This document shows, in pieces, positions 59,259 to 64,000 of a DNA stretch of 64,000 nucleotides. A program made the position numbers and the translations under genes. The stretch lies in the NCBI GenBank assembly GCA_003971905.1, contig RSEE01000032.1:620001-684000 (forward strand), written 5' to 3'. How positions within the stretch are numbered: the stretch's first letter is position 1; every line of letters starts with the position of its first letter. The stretch is from Moniliella sp. 'wahieum' (Eukaryota). A model generated the notes under the pieces. The model saw nothing but the letters and a program-made list of their open reading frames with translations, ran no database searches and was not told the origin of the DNA.

Positions 59259-61934
59259 ATGTCCTATACTTCGTCGGCGCTGTCCGCCTCCGCCGACACG
59301 GCCGGACACGCCAAGGCCGGCGACTCGGTCATCGCAAGCTTGTTTGCCGCCGTGCAGGCTGAGAGTCGGATCAAGGAGGACGAGGCTCGGAGGAGCTTCG
59401 TGGCCCCGCGTCGCGGGGAGCGTCCGCGCGGCGCCGCGGCGAGCGGCGGACGTACAAAGAGGCCGAGGCGCTCGTCCACAACATGGTCTCCGTTCCGCCG
59501 AGCCCTCCGGCAGCGCGGGAGAGGGAGATGGAGATGGCGAGGGAGAGGGATCGCGCGCCGTCGCTTACGCCCAGGGGCCCGCCGCCAGCCTCGCGCCGCC
59601 CCGCTGCCGCCCCGCTCGATCGCTCCTCCGACCAGAAGACAGCGCCCGAGGAAGACAGCCGCCATACGCCTCCAGGCTCCCCGCATCCGCCGCTGCCGCC
59701 GCCTCAGGCGCGCGGGAGCCTTCGCCTGCCGTGGGATCGCCCCGCTCTGCTTGCGCCCACCCTGCCCACCCTGCCCCCCGTACCGCCCCCCCCCCACATC
59801 TCCTTCTCCCGCAGCCTGACCAAGATGGACATCGACCCGCCCTCCTTTTCCGCCATGTCCCTTGACCCACCCGAGCCAGAGGAGGAGGAGCCACCCGGGT
59901 CCGGAGTCAAGCAGTCTGAGCCCCCGCTCTTGCCTGCTGCCACTGCGTTCACCGCCGCGTCTGACACTACCCAGTCAGACGAGGATTCGCTGCTCGCTCA
60001 CCCCACTCCGCCGCCGGAAGCCTCGCGCCACTCCTCCACCCCTCTTGCCGCCTCGCGACGTCCGGGCCCCCACTTCCCACTAGATGGGAAGTCCTTCTTC
60101 CCCAAGCCTGTGCCCCTCGCCCGGCCCGCACAGAAGCCTGCCCCTGCGCCATCGGAGGTGCTGCCTTGGCGGCAGGAGCAAGAGCCCGAGCCCGAGCCCG
60201 AGCCCGAGTCGACGATGATGAACATGGCTGAGGAGGACACTGGAGATGGATCTGCGGCAGCGCGCATGGAAAGGACGCCGAGCGCGTGTATTCCGTCCCT
60301 CCCCGCTGGCGGAGGCACCCGAGGAGCCCGAGACGCCCGAGCCCGAGGTATCCCAAAGTAGCGCTGTCCCCACCGTGTACGAGGACGCGAGCACACCCCG
60401 CGCGCCCCCCCGGCCCACACTCCAGAGCCGGCACGCGGCGCCCCTTTACCCCTTTCACTCCCCGCACCACCCTCGGGGGCAAAGCACTCAAGACGCCCCA
60501 TCCCCCCGGCTTTTTCCAGTTCGCATCCACCCCGCACCACTCTCGCACCGTCTCGGGTCCAGCCGCGCCCTCCCACGAACCCCTGTCTTCTCGTGTTCTC
60601 CCGTCGAGGGCCATCGCCATAGCCTGAGCGTGGACGCTCCCCCCAACTCGTCGCCGGACATAACCCCTCCCGGGTCCACTTTCCTCGCCCCTCACCGTCT
60701 ACCGGGTGGCATGCCCCTCACCCCCCTCCGCCCCACTGTCACCCCCCAACGGCCCCAGCCCGCCCCAGGCTCGCGGCCCGCACGCCGCTGCGGCCCCCAC
60801 AGGCTGCTGCCCCCACTCCCGCCCCTCCTGGCCGATGGCGGTTTTCTCCCGAGCAAATGCGTCCCTCTGCGCCCGCCGAACCGCCACGAGAATCCACGCC
60901 GCCTTGCACTCCCAGGTCTCGATCTCTGTCCCTAAGTCAGTCGGCTGTCACTGCGCCCGATCTCTCCTTCCCCTCTGTCTCCTCCACCCACCTTTACCTC
61001 CGCCCCGAAGGGTCTCACCCCGTCCCGACTGTCCATATCGAGCCCCCCGCTCCGCCGGTTCTTCTCTCTCGCACAGCTCGGCAGCAGTCAAATCCTACCC
61101 GAGCAGTGACACTGCAGGGACGTCCCAGGATGCATCCCAAGCAGTACTAAAAACGGCCGGCAAGAAGCACGGCTAGAGGCACGGCACGAGACCCGCCAAG
61201 ATGCACGCCAGGAGGAAAAGGAGACGTTGGGCGACGACAGCAACATGTCTGTGCCTGACGCAGATGAGTCTGTGGAATACCAACTGCTGAGACTGCAGGA
61301 GATTATTGCCGAGTGTCGGGAGGCACTTCCACCGGCGTGGGGAGGTGTGGCGAAGGAACATGCCCCCCTACAAGCGTCGGATTCGGTCGCAGCCTTGACG
61401 CCATCCTCTGCCCTGGTTCCTGGGCTGCCTCCTGGCCTAGCCGCCTCGTCGCAGCCCGAGGAGGCGCAGTTCGTAGCGGCGATTCAAAATGCGAGGAGTC
61501 GCTTGCAGAAGACCAGGGTGGTGAGATCCAGACGCCGTCCGTCCTTGGCCCGCTTTGCCCTTTTCCTTTCCCTGACTCTATCCCTCGTCTTGCTCTCCTC
61601 CCACCTTGGCGCCAGCTGGGCGCTGCGCCAATACGCAGACGAACTCGCCTTTGCCTCTCCTCTCCTCTTCCATACCGACAGCTGGCTCGAGTGGGCCTTG
61701 TTCCACATCTCCCCTTTTGCCCCCTCGCTGGGCTACTGGAGCCCCGACTTGGACGCCCCGCTGGCGCTCGTCTGCCATGCTCTTACCTCCCCCCTGGGCG
61801 GGGGCAGCTGCTCTTCCACGCCCTCCTGGCCCTCTGCAAGGGGGAATGGCGTCCCGCGTGTCTCCTTCTCCGCGGCGCGGGCACCAGCTGTCTGCTGCTG
61901 CTCCAGTCCCTTCTCTCTGGCTCCGACGCACTGA
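59259..61934 (+). CDS. Hypothetical Pro/Ser-rich protein with C-terminal transmembrane segment
   Basis: Chain of + ORFs from MSYTSSALS to SVEYQLLRLQEIIAECREAL and the hydrophobic ARFALFLSLTLSLVLLSSHLGA; frameshifted. Confidence 0.55.
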
Positions 61935-62095
61935 GCCATGCCCTCGTGTAATCTCATCTTTGGTTCGGGGGTGTTGTATCACTATACCACTACGACCTCC
62001 GCTGCCTCTAGCGCGCATGCGCGCAGACGATAGCACTCAGGAGCAAAATACTGATTCAAGTAGTGCGTTGGAAGGGTTTGCAAGTAGAAAAGAGG

Positions 62096-64000
62096 TCAGG
62101 CGGCCACTGGTGGAGGAGGAGGGGCATCGAGCGGTGGCAGAGCGGACGGCGAGGGAAATGGCGTGGCTGGTTCCTGGACGCGTTCGCCCGCCAGCCGGGC
62201 CGCCTCGACAGACCAGGGGCCCGGGCCGAAGACGTGGTGCAGAGCCGAAAACACATCGTGCACATAATGGATCTCCATCGCATCCCGCACTTCCTTGGCC
62301 ACATCCGTCTCCACCCGCGGCTGCACCGCCGCCGGCAACACCAACGTCTTCATCCCATTCCGATGCGCCGCGATCAGCTTCTCCTTCAGCCCACCCACGG
62401 GCAGTACCATCCCGCGCAGCGACGCCTCACCCGTCATGGCCAGCGTGTGGGGCACCGGGCGCTGCAAGACAAGCGAGACAAGGCAAGTGATCAGCGCCAC
62501 CCCGGCCGAAGGACCATCCTTGGGGGTCTGCCCCTCGGGCATGTGCACATGCAGGTCTTGCTTCTCCATCCATGCTGGATCCACCCCGAGCAGCGCCGCA
62601 TTCGACTTGACCCAGCTCAGAGCAAGCTGGGCAGATTCTTGGATCACCTGTCCTAGGTGCCCCGTCAGTCGCACCTGTCCCGTACCCGGCATAAGCGTCG
62701 CCTCGATCGGCGTCAGCGAGCCGGCGCCCGATTCGGTGTAGGCCAGCCCATTCGACACACCCGATGGCATGACTGTGGGGAAAAGCCGGTCGGTGTTGGG
62801 GTACGGAGGGCCCAAAAACTCGTGCAAGTCCGCCTCACTGATCACCAAAGAAAAGTCGGGGGGCAACTGGAGCCGCTGAATCAATGGCACCACCTCCTTC
62901 TCCTTCTTCTCTGGTGGTGCTTTCACCGACGCGTCCTTCTCCACCTCCGTGCTCTCTGTCGAGGCCGCCTGAGCTGCTTCGCCTTCAGTCGCGCTCTTCG
63001 CCTCGGTCTCCGGCTTGTCCGCTTCTTGGATTGGTTCCTCCAGCACGTCTCCATACTGGGTCACGAGGCGGTAGGCGATCTTGCGATATACCTTATTGAG
63101 CGTCTTTTGCAACCCACGCACACCAGACTCCCGAATGTAGCCTTCGAGAAGATGGGTGATGACCGAATCAGGCATGGTGATGTTGCCCCCCGCAACCCGT
63201 TCTCTTCCATCGCATTGGGAATCAAGTAACCTTTGGCAATTTGGAATTGCTCAGCGGGGGTGTAGGAGCTAACGGCGATCGCCTCCATCCGATCCCACAG
63301 TGGCCTGGGGATCCGAGATGGATCGTTCGCGGTGCACACAAACAAAACCCGCGACAGATCCACAGGTACGTCCAGATAGTGATCCAAGAAGTTGTGGTTC
63401 TGCTCAGGGTCGAGCATCTCGAGCAGCGCGGCCGAAGGGTCACCCCCGTGCGCCCTTCCCGCCCCCACCTTGTCCACCTCGTCCAGGAGGATTACTGGGT
63501 TCTCGCTTTGCGTTGCCTTCAGGGCTTGAATGGCCTTGCCCGGCATCGCTGCCACATACGTCCGCCGGTGACCCTTGATCTCGGCATAATCACCCAGTCC
63601 ACCCAGGAGAAACGGAAGAATTTGCGGTCGGTTGCACGGGCGATCGACTTGCCAATCGACGTCTTACCCACACCGGGGGACCATGGAGACAAATAATTTT
63701 CCCTTGGATTGACCCCTTGAGTTGTCCACAGCGAGGAACTCGAGAATGCGATCCTTGACGTCCTTTAGGCCATAGTGGTCCTTATCGAGTACAGCTTGTG
63801 CATTCTTGGTCGACAGACGCTCCTTGGTCGTGATTCCCCAAGGGAGGCTGGTGAGCCATTCAAGGTAGTTGCGGGAAACGTTGGAATCGTGGCTCTGGTT
63901 CTCGGGGGAACGGAACTTGCTCAATTCCTCGTCAAACGCTTTCCGTGCGGCGGGGGGCATGGCCAGGGAGTCTGCCTTGGCCTGGAACTTGCTGACCAAC
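62096..64000 (-). CDS. PIM1: Mitochondrial Lon protease (5' part lies outside the window)
   Basis: [78 protein letters not shown]; catalytic PKDGPSAG and VGGLKEK; no PTS1 at either candidate C-terminus. Confidence 0.93.

Noticed and set aside
62056..63175. Peroxisomal Lon (LonP2) assignment
   Set aside because: No SKL-type C-terminus in either candidate frame, and motifs such as [23 protein letters not shown] fit the mitochondrial type.

Overview
GC-rich eukaryotic DNA from a basidiomycete fungus, plausibly Ustilaginomycotina (short GT-AG introns with CTRAC branch points, fungal-type proteins). Nearly every gene is broken by 1-nt indels in short G/C/A runs, which points to an unpolished long-read assembly, so gene ends are approximate. 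Recognisable genes: White collar-2 (PAS + GATA), a two-HKD phospholipase D-family protein, a divergent malate-dehydrogenase-family enzyme, TRAPP Bet5, signal peptidase Spc3, SmE, a class I cyclic-nucleotide phosphodiesterase, ribosomal protein eL33, an FAD oxidoreductase, Tom7, a hybrid histidine kinase, Pex14, a secreted alpha/beta-hydrolase, an intron-containing tRNA-Glu(CTC), the 3' part of mitochondrial Lon, and several hypothetical ORFs. Two observations stand out. (1) The non-coding DNA follows one repeat rule, (A-x-y-y'-x'-T-N)n: an A...T palindromic hexamer plus one spacer base, period 7. At least 11 of the 16 possible cores form tandem arrays, arrays switch core while keeping the 7-nt register, and some fold back on themselves. 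(2) The MDH paralog keeps its catalytic residues but has lost the malate-specifying Arg (now Phe) and has Ser-Arg in place of the NAD-specifying Asp, predicting an NADP(H)-linked 2-hydroxyacid dehydrogenase with a different substrate.
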